64,000 nt of DNA from Toensbergia leucococca. Its lineage: Eukaryota. This document shows positions 1-11,890 of the stretch, piece after piece; positions within the stretch are counted from its first letter, which is position 1; each line of letters opens with the position of its first letter. Where the stretch lies: positions 1 through 64,000 of the forward strand of contig JALDZS010000043.1 of assembly GCA_022813965.1 (NCBI GenBank), in the 5' to 3' direction. The position numbers were made by a program, and so were the translations under genes. Below the pieces are notes generated by a model. The model did no database searches and was not told the DNA's origin. It saw only the letters and a list, made by a program, of their open reading frames with translations.

Positions 1-506
1 ATAGAGACGGGAAGAAAAGGGGGAAAGGGGAAAGGGGACAGGAAAAGGGAAAGGAAAAGGGGTTGACGAAATGTGAGCCCGAGAAGCCTTTTTGGGAAAT
101 TTTCTTTCTTTTCTTCTCTTCTTTCCTTCTTCTTCGCCCTTGTTCGGAACACAACTCCCACCACTGAACCTTGATGTGAAACTCAATCTGGCTACTTCAA
201 TACGCGGAACTAAATCAAGGTGGAATGATTCCGTATCCCTGATTTTGCAAAGTCAAAGTGAAAAGTGAAAGTGAAATGGAAGGGAAGGAAATGGAAAGGG
301 AAGGGGGTAGATCCCCTCTCTGACTGATCAACCAGAAATTTTTTGAAATAAAAGACACTGTCTGCGTGTCTGCATATAGATATATATATATATGTATCTA
401 CACAGCCATCAGAACAGAGAGACGCAAGCCACAGATTTCCCTGGTCGTAAACAGAAGGGGAAAAGCCAGTTGCGCAGTGGTCAAAGAGTTGGAATGGGTG
501 CTAAAA

Positions 507-528
507 GTGAGTGAGTGAGTGAGTGAGT
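507..528. repeat. (GTGA)n microsatellite in low-complexity region
   Basis: gtgagtgagtgagtgagtgagt read directly; a similar (GAGT)n tract sits at ~17932-17948. Confidence 0.9.
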
Positions 529-789
529 GGGTTTTTGTCAGAGCTAAAAAAAAACAAAAATCTTCTGCGCTCTTGGGACGGGGAAAAGGTATCGCAGGAT
601 AGAACTCCACAAAACAACCAGGGTGCCTCAAATGTCTGTTGAACGAAGCACCTCCCACTCCGAAAACCAATGCACGCATTCAAAACACTCCATCCCCCAC
701 CCCACCGCTGACTCAAATCATCACCTCCCCAACCCTCCTATCCCCCCCTCACCCCTCCCCCCTTCCTCCCCGCCCAACCACACACAAAA

Positions 790-978
790 TCACGTCCACT
801 TGACATCCGCAAACACAACCCCCTTCCCCCTGGCCACATCCGCCCCCACGCAAACCGGACACTTGGTCTCCGCCGATTTCTGATTGTACACCGTGACACA
901 GTTGGCTTTGCCGCACCAGGTTTTTTTGATCGTGCCGCTGTGGGAGCAGGTGTAGAGGAGGATGGAGGTGAAGCACAT
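790..978 (-). CDS. Small Cys-rich hypothetical protein (62 aa), possible Zn-binding
   Basis: ATG at 978 preceded by an A-rich leader; MCFTSILLYTCSH...WCGKANC...KCPVC matches the MC-x-C-[SG]-H...CxxC pattern of small fungal proteins. Confidence 0.6.
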   Translation of the reverse strand: MCFTSILLYTCSHSGTIKKTWCGKANCVTVYNQKSAETKCPVCVGADVARGKGVVFADVKWT

Positions 979-2441
979 GTTTTTTTTGTTTTTTTTGGGG
1001 GGAGTCCTTTGTGTGTTTTGGTGGACTTCTCTGCGAGATGTTGAGTGGTTTACCACCCGTGTTATGATGAGAATACCAATTTTCTGGGTCTTTGGGGGGG
1101 AGGTTTTGGTTAGGACTTTTTTTGGTTTTATGGGGGGGGAGGTTGGGTGGTTACGTTTCTGGTGAGGGTTGGGTTTTGGTTTTGTGTGGTGTTGTTTTTC
1201 TGAAAGATTCGGCGGTTGATGGCGTGGTTTTTTTTTTTGGATGGAGGTGAGGGTGATGGGTGCGAAGAGAGTTGGTGGGAGAGGTTTGGTTTATGCAGTT
1301 GGTGACTGTGTGTTGAGCTGGATTCACTGGGGCTTTGCTGACGGATGGGATTATTCACTGGGACTTTAACGCTGATGTGATGGCGGGTTTAACGCAGAGT
1401 CATGCCACTGCCTCTTGGTGTTATCCATACACTGGAAAAACTCCTAGTCGAGGTCAGTCTCTCTTCATGTTCTAAATCTCTAATTGCTGTCATGATAGGG
1501 ACAGGCAGTTCGTCGACGATGAAAGCTCCTGTACGCTTTTAGCAAGTCCTTCTCTTCAGGATCTCCAGCTGGACTCTTTTCCGGTTATTCGCTTTTGGCA
1601 AAGAAGTGTCTGAAAGCTCAGTGACGGGGCGTTGAGTTGACGAAAACTTGGAAGATGTGATGGTAGGGGGCGAATTTAAAGAGTTGATTATATTGATAGA
1701 GAAATGATAGTAATTTGAAGAAAATAGACATTGGTTTCTTTATGAGTGGGAATGCAGATTCGTGGTTTTTGCCTTTCTCTTCGGATGGTAGAGACAAGAG
1801 CCATTCCTTGAATAGCTTCAAGAAAACCCCCAGAGACGCCTTCAAAATCGCTGGGACGGAATTAACGACCTGGATTAGTAAGTATTTTTATCATGACCCA
1901 TAGCCTATATTGACGCCTTTATTGGAACAGACTGGTGGTTTCATGTTTGTCTTGATAACATCTTATGCACGTAGATGTACAGGAAAGGTCTAAAACGCTA
2001 CTAAAAGGATCGTCTGCCGATTACCAGTGGATGACTCTGAGGCCTTGATACCCTTACGAGTAGCAAAAGCTCATCTTCTGCGCACATTGAGCCTCCCCTG
2101 AGGAGATTGATCAAGGCTGTGGTTCGTTGGCAATGTGTTGACACTTGTCTTCATGGACCTCCTCTAGTCCAATGAGATCTCTCTGTTGAACAACATCCAA
2201 GAGCAATACCCTGAAAAGCTGCAACCACTTTCAGTCATGAAATCATATTGACCCAAACCATCATGCTAGCGTTGCCATCGCCTATCAAACGCCGTGTTCC
2301 CCGCAAGAGTACTCCGCTACAGTTCACTCAGACCCCCAGAGCGCTTGACATGCTTGACAACAGTCACTGTCTGGCTCGACACCACAAGTCAACCAATATT
2401 GCCAGATACACTATGCCGAACAGGTCAACGAGGGATGGGAT

Positions 2442-5400
2442 TCAGGCTCTGCCTCTCATATATCTTCTCAGATCCACAGGCATCCTCAGCTCCCCCATGG
2501 CTCTTAATCTTAATGTCTGTCCAATTTTGCCAATGATCGCCCATTCAGCAACAGTAGCACCTGTTCCATTGTTAAAAGGATTACCCTGGTTGCCTTCTAT
2601 TGTCAAAGTGGCATAGCTTCCACTGTATATTGGATTAACTAAGGTTATGTTTGTTGTATTGCTACTATACGGCTGGATAATGTTGACGAGGGTGGCGTTA
2701 TACGGATCACTGATGGGAATATCTGTCATGGTAGTGGCAGTTATCGCGCTAGAGTCCAAGGTTGAGGCGTTATGAAAGGCCACTGAAAAATTGGCAGGAG
2801 GATTTTGGGCCCAGTCAAATGAAAAACCGGTGATAGGTTGGAAAGCCTGGTCAATGAGTGAGACCGTGATGGACTGAGAGACGTTGGAATAATCAGGCTG
2901 CCATTTCGTTGATGCTGAACCATCAACCGCTGATAGAGGGAACTGACCAGGTTGGTAGCCATCGGGAGAAGATACTGGAAGGCACTGGGCGATATTACCA
3001 GGAACTAAAGTGACATTCCCGATGTTGCGATTTCTCAACGTGATGGTACCGTTCGGCGGCAGATCGTAGGCTTCCGAATCGTCATTTCCTATCTGCACAG
3101 GAATAGAGGTATTTGTAAATGTTTGGTTCGCATTGGCATATGGTATACTCAGGCGTGTGACAGTCGTATGGGACTGATTTGCACTTGTTGAGATCGGCCA
3201 GCCTTGCCAATAAAATGTACGGTATTTGAGATTCGGAATTTGGGGCGGTAGGGATGGATTAATATGTAGAGTAAAGTCGACCGTCAGTCGTAATCCAAGG
3301 TAACCAAACAGCGTCACTTGATTAGCGCCTCCATGTCCAGTGAGGAACGGAAAAGCTGGATGAGTCCCTCCGTTGGTTGTAAAGTCATCAGTCAGCTGCT
3401 CCGAGAACTGAAACCAAGGAGCTCTGGCGTACGGCTGTTCCGAGTATTGCTGGTACGTGAAGGAAGCGCAACCGGCCGTCGATACTTGACTTGCTACAAT
3501 ACTGAAAATGGCGTAGGTCATACCGGGGCCATTTAAAGACTGTTTGCCAGCGTAATAGTCCAGATCGCTCAGTGAATCTTGTGTTGTATAATTCTCCTGG
3601 TAGTTCAGGGGAAACGTATCCAATACAACATCTGCTTGCTTTACGGCGATACTTCCATTCATACCAGTATACTCGTCGATTATGTTTGCGTTAGCGTTGT
3701 GTGATATAAATAAATTCGCTGCCTGGGTCGTAAATGTCTCATTCGTGGCCAATCCAAAAAATTGGCGGAATACATTAGCAGTCGACAAAGTGCTTGCAAT
3801 CAGGGGCATGGTATAGCCACCGTTATCCACGTTATTTGCATACTCGTCTGGGTCCGTCATATTTGTCAGGACGTAGAATGATTGGTTCTTGGTTAATAAT
3901 TCCGAGTAAAATGTAGCAATAGAATCATAAACAGGAAATAAGGAGCTTTCAAAAAACTCTGTATCACCCGTGACGACCCAGTAGTTACTGAATTCTTGAG
4001 CAATGTCACCATTGATATGATACTCATAATCGAAGCATGGACCCGTCCCGGTGCAATTCCCATATCTTCCACTTGTCCAGGAAAATACTGCCGCATCACT
4101 GGAAAATTTTGTCTCATTCTTAGAAGACGTATATGAAGTTTGAGCATTTGCCCGCGCTTGGCCATATCTGGCAACTCGATAATTGGCGATCTGTTTCGCT
4201 GCTTGAGGAAATGCCGCGACTAGACCAGGCTGTACCCAAATTTCCGCATCCCAAAACACCAGACCAGCGTACGAGTCAGAAGCTAATCCTCCTACGCTGA
4301 TACTGTTTGCATCAATCGGTGCATTATCGACGCTGGCGAGAGCCCCTTCGCTTATCGTATTCTGTAAAAGGTAGTACGGATTCGTGACTGCAGTAATGGC
4401 GGACTCGATGATATTCATATCGGTTGGTAGAGTACCGTTTTCGGGGTAGGTATAATCATCGACCGAGTCATCAGGGAATACAGTCGTCCATTCTGCAACG
4501 TGACAACCCAATGATTGATCAAACCCAGTACTCATAGCCGTCAAAGACGCACTCTTGGCTTGTGCTTGAGGATCCAGAAAGCCATCCGTGCTTGCTCCTC
4601 CGACAAACTTTGTCACTGTCGTAGTTTGACCGGCTTTCAAGTAAGCCTGGACAGACTGGGCAATTGTTGAATCGTTGGGTCCAATGTACGGCTTATCAGA
4701 TACTATAGCCAGGGTGGACATGTCGACTGCAGATGAGCCGTCCATGATAGCATATAAATATGCAGTAACATTACTGACGCCATTGGGACGGACCGCAGTG
4801 TAAATTTGCTTGCCGTCCATACCGCTGGTGACGAAATCAGTCCGGACAGCGCTCGTACCATCCAGGACATTCGAAATCGATATATTGCAGTCCGCAGATG
4901 CTTGCACTTGAAGCTGGACGATACCTTGATTGACGTAGAGCTTGTGCGCAAACAAAGTGTAGGTAATTTGGAACGAAACACCATTGGAATCGGCCGGAGT
5001 CCAAGTATATTGCCAAAGCATGATACCACCTTTCATGTCGAGGGTGGAGCTGAAATTGGATATGGTGGTGGCGTCAACGGATGCATCAAGATATTGGCCA
5101 TTCCCAATATCAAAGATGAGGCCACTCCAGTGCGGCACGCCGCTGATGACGCTTTCGCCTCCGTACTGATTCAGCCATGGGAAGTTTGAGCCATTAGTCG
5201 TCGGCTGCTGATCAAAGAAGCCCCCAATGGTGGCAAAGGTTTGTCTGCGATCGAAAAGCGGCCAGCCATTGATATCATCTCCATTGACAGGTAGGTCAAC
5301 TTCGAAAAAAGGGCCTGCTGCTGCGACGTTAATACCAAGGTAGCCATTGGCAACAGACATGCGCGATTGATAGTGGCCTTGGTCAAGAATTGTGGTTTGC

Positions 5401-5630
5401 AGCTGCCATGCTGCATTGTCCCACGTCACATTAGAAAATCGGGTATCGTAGGTGGATTTTTCAGTGACAGAAGATTGCCGTTTTACTCTCACTTTGTCTG
5501 CAACTTGATCAGACAAGGAAGAGGCGATGCTCTGAACATAGAAGAAGCTGAAGAGACAGAGACACAGAAATGAATGAGTAGAGTCGAGCGGAGAAGGCCT
5601 CCATCGGTTGAAGATGGTAAGAGATATCAT
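2442..5630 (-). CDS. ATH1: Acid trehalase, glycoside hydrolase family 65 (1062 aa, intronless)
   Basis: Motifs SVANGYLG, GLASDSYAGLVFWDAEIW, CFDYEYHINGDIA, MTDPDEYAN, VKQADV, HPAFPFLTGHGG; hydrophobic N-terminal anchor; many N-x-S/T sequons. Confidence 0.95.
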   Translation of the reverse strand: MISLTIFNRWRPSPLDSTHSFLCLCLFSFFYVQSIASSLSDQVADKVRVKRQSSVTEKSTYDTRFSNVTWDNAAWQLQTTILDQGHYQSRMSVANGYLGINVAAAGPFFEVDLPVNGDDINGWPLFDRRQTFATIGGFFDQQPTTNGSNFPWLNQYGGESVISGVPHWSGLIFDIGNGQYLDASVDATTISNFSSTLDMKGGIMLWQYTWTPADSNGVSFQITYTLFAHKLYVNQGIVQLQVQASADCNISISNVLDGTSAVRTDFVTSGMDGKQIYTAVRPNGVSNVTAYLYAIMDGSSAVDMSTLAIVSDKPYIGPNDSTIAQSVQAYLKAGQTTTVTKFVGGASTDGFLDPQAQAKSASLTAMSTGFDQSLGCHVAEWTTVFPDDSVDDYTYPENGTLPTDMNIIESAITAVTNPYYLLQNTISEGALASVDNAPIDANSISVGGLASDSYAGLVFWDAEIWVQPGLVAAFPQAAKQIANYRVARYGQARANAQTSYTSSKNETKFSSDAAVFSWTSGRYGNCTGTGPCFDYEYHINGDIAQEFSNYWVVTGDTEFFESSLFPVYDSIATFYSELLTKNQSFYVLTNMTDPDEYANNVDNGGYTMPLIASTLSTANVFRQFFGLATNETFTTQAANLFISHNANANIIDEYTGMNGSIAVKQADVVLDTFPLNYQENYTTQDSLSDLDYYAGKQSLNGPGMTYAIFSIVASQVSTAGCASFTYQQYSEQPYARAPWFQFSEQLTDDFTTNGGTHPAFPFLTGHGGANQVTLFGYLGLRLTVDFTLHINPSLPPQIPNLKYRTFYWQGWPISTSANQSHTTVTRLSIPYANANQTFTNTSIPVQIGNDDSEAYDLPPNGTITLRNRNIGNVTLVPGNIAQCLPVSSPDGYQPGQFPLSAVDGSASTKWQPDYSNVSQSITVSLIDQAFQPITGFSFDWAQNPPANFSVAFHNASTLDSSAITATTMTDIPISDPYNATLVNIIQPYSSNTTNITLVNPIYSGSYATLTIEGNQGNPFNNGTGATVAEWAIIGKIGQTLRLRAMGELRMPVDLRRYMRGRA

Positions 5631-5754
5631 GCTGCTTGATTAGTGAATGCAAGATTGAGGTATGGAAAGTTCTAATAGGATGGAGATGTGGCCATGTCGA
5701 GTGCACCATCCGAGGTAATCCAAGTAAGGTACTTTATGTTACCTTCGAAGTGAA

Positions 5755-5974
5755 GCGGGGTTCTTACTACGGGTCCCATGGTTACCTACCTTAATTTAGG
5801 AATTAAAAGTCATCTAACAATGAGATCCACTTTCTAGATACCTTAGTAAGGGAGTCAGGGAGTCAGGTCATCTCGTACCACCCTTCCAACACCAATCAAG
5901 GGACTAATGCAGGCCAATTGGCGGGGTTTGCCAAGCTGCGGGGATATAAGGTATTGCGGGGATATACTGCGGGG
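5755..5974. promoter_or_regulatory. Cluster of five GCGGGG (SYGGRG, CreA/Mig1-type) sites upstream of the trehalase
   Basis: GCGGGG at 5755, 5921, 5938, 5956 and 5969, i.e. 125-345 bp upstream of the trehalase ATG (5630); CCAAT boxes nearby. Confidence 0.55.
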
Positions 5975-6189
5975 ATTTGCAGCTGTTTACGTACTTTAAG
6001 AATTGCCTGGATCGTTCCTGCATACCTTAAGTTATCTGGTAAAGTAAGAAAGTGCCTCAGAGCACACAGACTCACACCTAAAAAAGCGCTAAAGAGTAGA
6101 GTATCTCAACTGCTGACGGCTTCTTCCACATCATCACCCTCATTTTCACTCTCTTCCGCAGCCACCTGAGTATTCCTCCTGGCATTGGA

Positions 6190-7192
6190 TCATCCACTCC
6201 TTCTTTTGCTCTGTAAGTATTTCTCGCTTGAAGTAATAGCCCGTTCGCCGACAAAGGTATTACCTGTCCAATCCGTTTTGCATACAGGACACTTCTTCGA
6301 CTTTTGAACCCGGAAGAAGTTCTGTGTGCATATATCATGCAACCGACAAGGGCAGGTCTTCTTCGGACATCGTTGGCCCTAATATACCTTTAGCAACGGC
6401 TTGCATTTCAATGACATTTGACCTCCATTCACCACGGTTATTATCTCTTTACAAGCAAAGCAAAGCTTGACCTTCAGAACCCTCTCGTCGTCATCATCGT
6501 CATCATCGTTGTACGTCTCAGTGAGCCAGCCCCGAAGCTCCATCAAAGCTCTTGGGCTTAAGCTATAAAATCCCTTCTTGCTCTTCTCGAACCACCCCTC
6601 CTCAACTAAACTTTTCAGCATCTTTTCGGCTTGCATCATCGTAAGCCCTTGGCCGGAACTCCCTTGCGTTGCGCTTCCATTTTGGGTCTCTCGCCGATCT
6701 TCTGTCTGCGCCTTGTGTAGCTGCACCGCTTGCATAGATGTGATGGCCATAACCTCGTGGCGTGGGGTATTATAAGTTTCAAACATGGCATCGAGCACCC
6801 GTTTCAGGTAGCTGATTTCATCCGCTGTATGCGTAGTCGCAAGCTGTACGATAGGATCGCTGGTGGAGTTCACAAGTGCATATACACGAGTTCGGGAGAT
6901 TTGATGGTAGGTACTACGAATTTCGAGATCAAAGGGAGAGATTGCGTCGTTCGCGGCGGAGATGTACGAGTGGAAATCAGCTTCGGTGACATCTTCGGGA
7001 AGCGTTTCCCGCCTCTCTGCACTTTGGGTCAGTGAGGAGTACAGTCAGAGCTGGACATATTCTACCGTGTGCTGTGAAGATGGCTGCAAGAACAGGCTTG
7101 ACTTCTTCATATGTGAAAGTAGATCGAGAGATGAAAGCCTGTAGAAATGCACGATTACTATTGTTGTACCGGGGCTCTTCGTCGTCTGACAT
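6190..7192 (-). CDS. NSE1: SMC5/6 complex non-SMC subunit Nse1 (3 exons: 7192-7066, 7016-6433, 6378-6190)
   Basis: YNNSNRAFLQAF, YALVNSTSDPIVQLATT, GWFEKSKKGFYSLSPRALMELRGWL and RING-like C-FAC..C..C..LH..C..CPVC assembled across GT-AG introns; first in-frame stop TGA 6190-6192, next at 6106-6108. Confidence 0.93.
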
Positions 7193-7679
7193 TCTGCCTC
7201 GATTTGCGATAGATGATGGATTTGATCTTTATATCTGGAAAAGATCTCTAGTGACGGTTGACTTCAATGTCGATATTTAATCCGCGTCGAGCGACGCGGA
7301 GAATTGGCGCTAGATGAATCCCTTTTCCCATCCACCATCCCAGCAAATGTAATCCTTTTTGATAGAAGAGCCACGCAACCAGGTATCAGAATATGCCTTA
7401 GGCTTTCTGCTTGTTCATTGGGAATGCCCGCCGCCTCAAATACGTCACGCAATAGGTAGCACTTTGTGCTTACATTGTAGGGTTTGATTTAATCATCAAC
7501 CTGAGTACTCTTCTACAATCAACCATGTTGAGCTTCAACCACTATGACAGCACTGTGGCACAAACCGGTGCTCTGTAATGGGATCCCTTTTCCATTACTT
7601 AAAACTCCTTTTCATACATGTTGTTCATCTGTCAATACTTCCGAGGCTTTCTGACAACTCATCCGTACAAAGTCTCCTA

Positions 7680-8199
7680 TCAATCAGATTTGATTGTCAC
7701 CTTGGATTTGTCTACAATGGAATTAGCTTGCAACAACATCTCCCATAGTTTTTAGCCAACCACTCACCAAAAGCAACATGGTCTTTGATGTTCTCCGCCT
7801 TCTCCTTTGGCTGCGGATAATACCACCCTGCGTTCTTCACTTCCTGGCCTGCGATTTGTCAGAAGGATCATTACTCGGCGAAAACTTGCAAACGTACCGT
7901 CGACGGTGACATCATAGTACGAAGCCTTGCCTTTCCACGGACAAGTGGCAGTGGTGTCACTTTCTGTCAGTATCGACTGATCCATGGAGCTTGTCAAGGC
8001 ATATTGATTAGAACATTGGTATGTATCTAGATGAACATTCTGCCATTTTCTTACGAGGGTGGGAACTGGTTGACATAAAGCTCAGCTTTGGAATCCCAAG
8101 CGTCGAGTTCCAACTCACGTAAATGTTGCCCTCGACTGTCTCCCAGCTATCGGCCTCTGCAATGAGCTTTCCGTTCACAGTTGCGGTTGCGTGAGGCAT
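7680..8199 (-). CDS. DUF427 family protein (5 exons incl. 11-nt microexon 8055-8065)
   Basis: Spliced product MPHATATVNGKLIAEA..VEGNIYFPPSS..TTATCPWKGKASYYDV..NAGWYYPQPKEKAENIKDHVAF; CPWKGxAxYY motif; canonical splice sites. Confidence 0.9.
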
Positions 8200-8963
8200 T
8201 GTAGAATTGTCGATGCAGAGTAAGATGTAGATTTGTCGAGTTCTGACGAGTTGCGATTCTAGTTAGAAATGTGAACTGAATCATCTCTCTTAAAGAAAAC
8301 ATTGTAAGAGGAGGTGTTCACATGTGACTATGTAGAACTCATCAGGACGTTGGAATGATTAGGAATCATCTAAACCCTTTTCGAACCAGAAAAATCGATC
8401 TCTACTACCTATTGCGATTCCTAGTTCTGATCTGGAATCATGCCATCTGCTGCCCGACTAAGCACAGTCACACTTAACAATACTTTGTCCGATTTGAAGA
8501 AGACTTTGAATTCTACTTGGATTCTCTCTCGATTATCCCACAAGCAGCCCATCTAGGAGGGGTGATGATTATGAGATAACCCCGCATATCAAACAGTGTA
8601 ACATCACATATAAATAGGGGCTTCATCTCTATGCGCACCCATTGTGATCTACTGCTGCATACCGTTGGTGGATTTTACTCATGCCTGGATGGGGATAATC
8701 CAACGATAGTGTGCAATACACATGTTCAAATGAGCTGGAAATGACGCTTTTTGATTGTGCTATTCGATGGCCGCTGACCTTTTTAGTTGTCGCGATGGTA
8801 GTGCTGTCAAAGATAAAGGGAAAACAATCGATCGCAGCTTGAAAAGACTCTGCGAAACAGGTCGTGAAGCCTCTTATCAAAACGCTATTCATTTGAGACT
8901 CAGTATATCACATTGTAGATATCTGGTCCGGCTAACACGTCATCAACTTGCCTTGGGTGACAA

Positions 8964-10142
8964 CTAATACCCATCTTTCACAAGCCCATATCTGTCTCTC
9001 TCCTCCCAATTGGGCCTCGAGACATTGATTGGCGCTTGCCCTGCACTACGTTCAAGACGGAACCGAACATAGGCACCCCCTTTCAGATTGATTATCTGCT
9101 CCTGCCCTGTAATATGGTAAAGTCCATCATAGCGGATTCCCACTGAAGGACAACACTTATGCTCCCCGAGCGCTGTACGCAGCACCCGTAAAGGTCGGCC
9201 ATTTTGATAGGCGAGCTGCAGCATTCTGGTACCGTTGGAGATGATGGGAGTGGAGGGATTGGTATTGTCGTGGGATTGGCTGCCGGAGTAGTAAAGAAGT
9301 TCTCCTCGATCGCGATCGAGGTCAGAGTAGAGGCCGGACACGACGATCGAGAATGCTCCGCCGTCCTTTGAGGACCCGGCTATCCCGGCCATCCTGGCTC
9401 CGTGTGCACCGTCTCGTACTGCACACAGTTGCAATGGCCACCACTGACCCACCTCCAGGCCGTTGTGGCCGACCACTCTACAGTCTCGGCGGGTGAAATT
9501 GGTGTCAATTTTATAAGTTCTCATCTGACCACCGTCGCTGATGAGAATCCCCCGCATGATTCCTTTGGTACCGTAGATTGGATGATTTGGTCTCGGGCGC
9601 CTCATCACATCGATGGAGAGAATCGACGCCACTGATTTCTTCGTGGTGTAAGGTCTAGTACCGGCTTCAGTTGAGGCTGCATCGCCATCGTCATCGACCA
9701 TGACTTCGCCATCATCGTCGAGAGGCACGCTGTTTTTACCCCAGTCCTCAGACTCGTACTTTCGAATCGCCTTGGCGGCAATTTCTGGAAATGGTGGTGG
9801 GAAGCTGTATGTACGTTGGAGCGTCGTGGGAGCTACGACGGTTTCCAGTGAAATTTTCAGGTAGAGAGAAGTTGCCAGAGACTCCGTAAGACCTTCGATA
9901 GATGAGAGCATCCCGAGTATGAGATGAAGTTGGGTGCACTGCTCCGGTTTGAGAGGCTCTGATTTCCCAATTCTTTTATCGGTTCTCAGCTGGTGGGCCA
10001 TTGTGCGAATGATCTCAAATGGTTTCTTGCCAAACTGATTCGCAAAGTTTGTAGGATCACTAGGCACACTGACAGCGAAGTCAACGACCTCATCAACATG
10101 TGAGGGATGGAGCCCGGATACAGGGTCAAGATTGGACGACAT
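8964..10142 (-). CDS. Stand-alone YDG/SRA-domain protein
   Basis: GHNGLEVGQWWP..RDGAHG..AGIAG..AFSIVVSG.Y..D.D.G..LYYSG..PLRVLR..GIRYDGLY; first ATG at 10142 (track ORF starts upstream at a non-ATG codon). Confidence 0.9.
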   Translation of the reverse strand: MSSNLDPVSGLHPSHVDEVVDFAVSVPSDPTNFANQFGKKPFEIIRTMAHQLRTDKRIGKSEPLKPEQCTQLHLILGMLSSIEGLTESLATSLYLKISLETVVAPTTLQRTYSFPPPFPEIAAKAIRKYESEDWGKNSVPLDDDGEVMVDDDGDAASTEAGTRPYTTKKSVASILSIDVMRRPRPNHPIYGTKGIMRGILISDGGQMRTYKIDTNFTRRDCRVVGHNGLEVGQWWPLQLCAVRDGAHGARMAGIAGSSKDGGAFSIVVSGLYSDLDRDRGELLYYSGSQSHDNTNPSTPIISNGTRMLQLAYQNGRPLRVLRTALGEHKCCPSVGIRYDGLYHITGQEQIINLKGGAYVRFRLERSAGQAPINVSRPNWEERDRYGLVKDGY

Positions 10143-11890
10143 GATGTGGGAGTTCGAGAGGTGGTTTGAGAATGCTGGACACTTTCCCAAAATGACCAAG
10201 TATATGACCAATACGATGGTTGATATCAGCGTGGATTTTTGACGAGTATCGAGAAGCTGCAGAGGCGGCTCTCACTTCAGACTTATATTTTAGAGAAGTT
10301 CTAGCGAAGCATCTTGCAGAGAATATGACAGGTGGGTGAGGCTTGCGTGATTCAGAAGACAATTGGAGGTGCCAAACAATGGTGAAGTGGTCAGGCTAGC
10401 AGATGGTTTGCGTGAGCTTGTTCATATTGTGACTGACCTCACCCATAAACTGTTGATGGAAATTGAACGGTAACACTTGATATTTCGACCTTCAGTCTGG
10501 GGATTAGAGACAACTTGCAAGACTTGCTAACTTCGACGCATGGGAAGAACCTGAGCCTTCAGATGAAGTCTGTCAATTCTGCTTGTCATCGATGACTATT
10601 CCCGGGGGTAAACAGCAGTCCTAGTTTGTAGGATAATTTTAACATCAAGAGAAATCTTTTCAGTCATGCCAATACACTGTGGACTAACTAGGTCTCTTTG
10701 ACATATGTAGAATCTCAATACCAAGTCTCAGATACTTGAATATTTGACCGTCATTCGATGGCGCCGGTGAGGTCTGGTCGGTAAGTCACTATCGTAACCT
10801 GACTATGTTTCATCAGGCATAGCGTGTAGACAGGCTGCATACCTACCTAGGTACCTAAGGTAAGTTACGGTAAGTTGGCACACGTTGGGCAGCCTCGCAG
10901 CGAGTGAAGTCATCGTCATTAGTGACAATTGGTCATGTACGTACCTTAAGGTACCTAGATAGACCGCTGTAACGGGCGCGTTCAGAATCCTCAAACAGAT
11001 AGAAGAACAAGATGTGGGGTTCTTAAATCAACATACGGACTACATCGGCGCAAGACTGGGTCTTTCAACCAAGCAATCTCGCTAGGATGTAAATAGTATC
11101 TGAATTTAGATTGCCATAACTGGGAGAAACGAAAATATGTTAGTTATATCTCTCGCCTTGGTTTCTTCAATAATATCCAGAAGGCTTCATGTCTGTCTCT
11201 CTTCGGGACCTCATGTTCGGAGTGAGGTTGCAGGAGCCAAAATGAAATAGCGAGACGGTGAGATGGGAAGAAGAACAGCTGACTCAGGATTGAAGTATGT
11301 GGCGACAGCTCGTCGATGAGTAGATTTAAACATCTTGTAGATATTCTAGCAACAAGGTCTGAACGTGTTCCCACTGCGACCTGAACCCTTGCGTTTACCC
11401 TTGACTATCTCGACATACTTCACTGTCCCCTTGGTCGTATTCGACAAATCTATGGCAATGACAAGATGATAGCTTTTTTGAAGAAAGAACACTTTTCAAC
11501 GCACTGTTTGCCTTCACAATCGCCCTTTGTTCTCTTCTTTCTATATTTATTACATGATCAAAGAACGCTCTCAAAGCTTCATTGATTCGAATACCTAACA
11601 ATTGTCGGCGAATATGAATCCTTTGTTTGTGAGATGAACTTGAAGAGACATGAGTCAAGGGAAATCCTACATTGTTCTATTCCTTTGACAGTTATTCTCT
11701 CTCAAATAATTGAGAGGAGCAGTATATAATCTAGCAGAGTCTTCGCCATATAGCCATTTCTCACACCACGTTTTACTTCTTCAACCAGTACTCTTAAAAG
11801 CTGAGCTTTCCTTCGTTTCCCTTCTTCGTTCACCAGACGTTTTCTTCTTCTCTTCAACCATTTTTAAATTCAAGCCCAAAAAAAACAACC

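Noticed and set aside
1500..2400. Possible decayed gene (also 8629-8967, 11144-11658, 42887-43526, 49306-49945)
   Set aside because: Coding-like fragments with stops but no family I can recognise; not supportable as features
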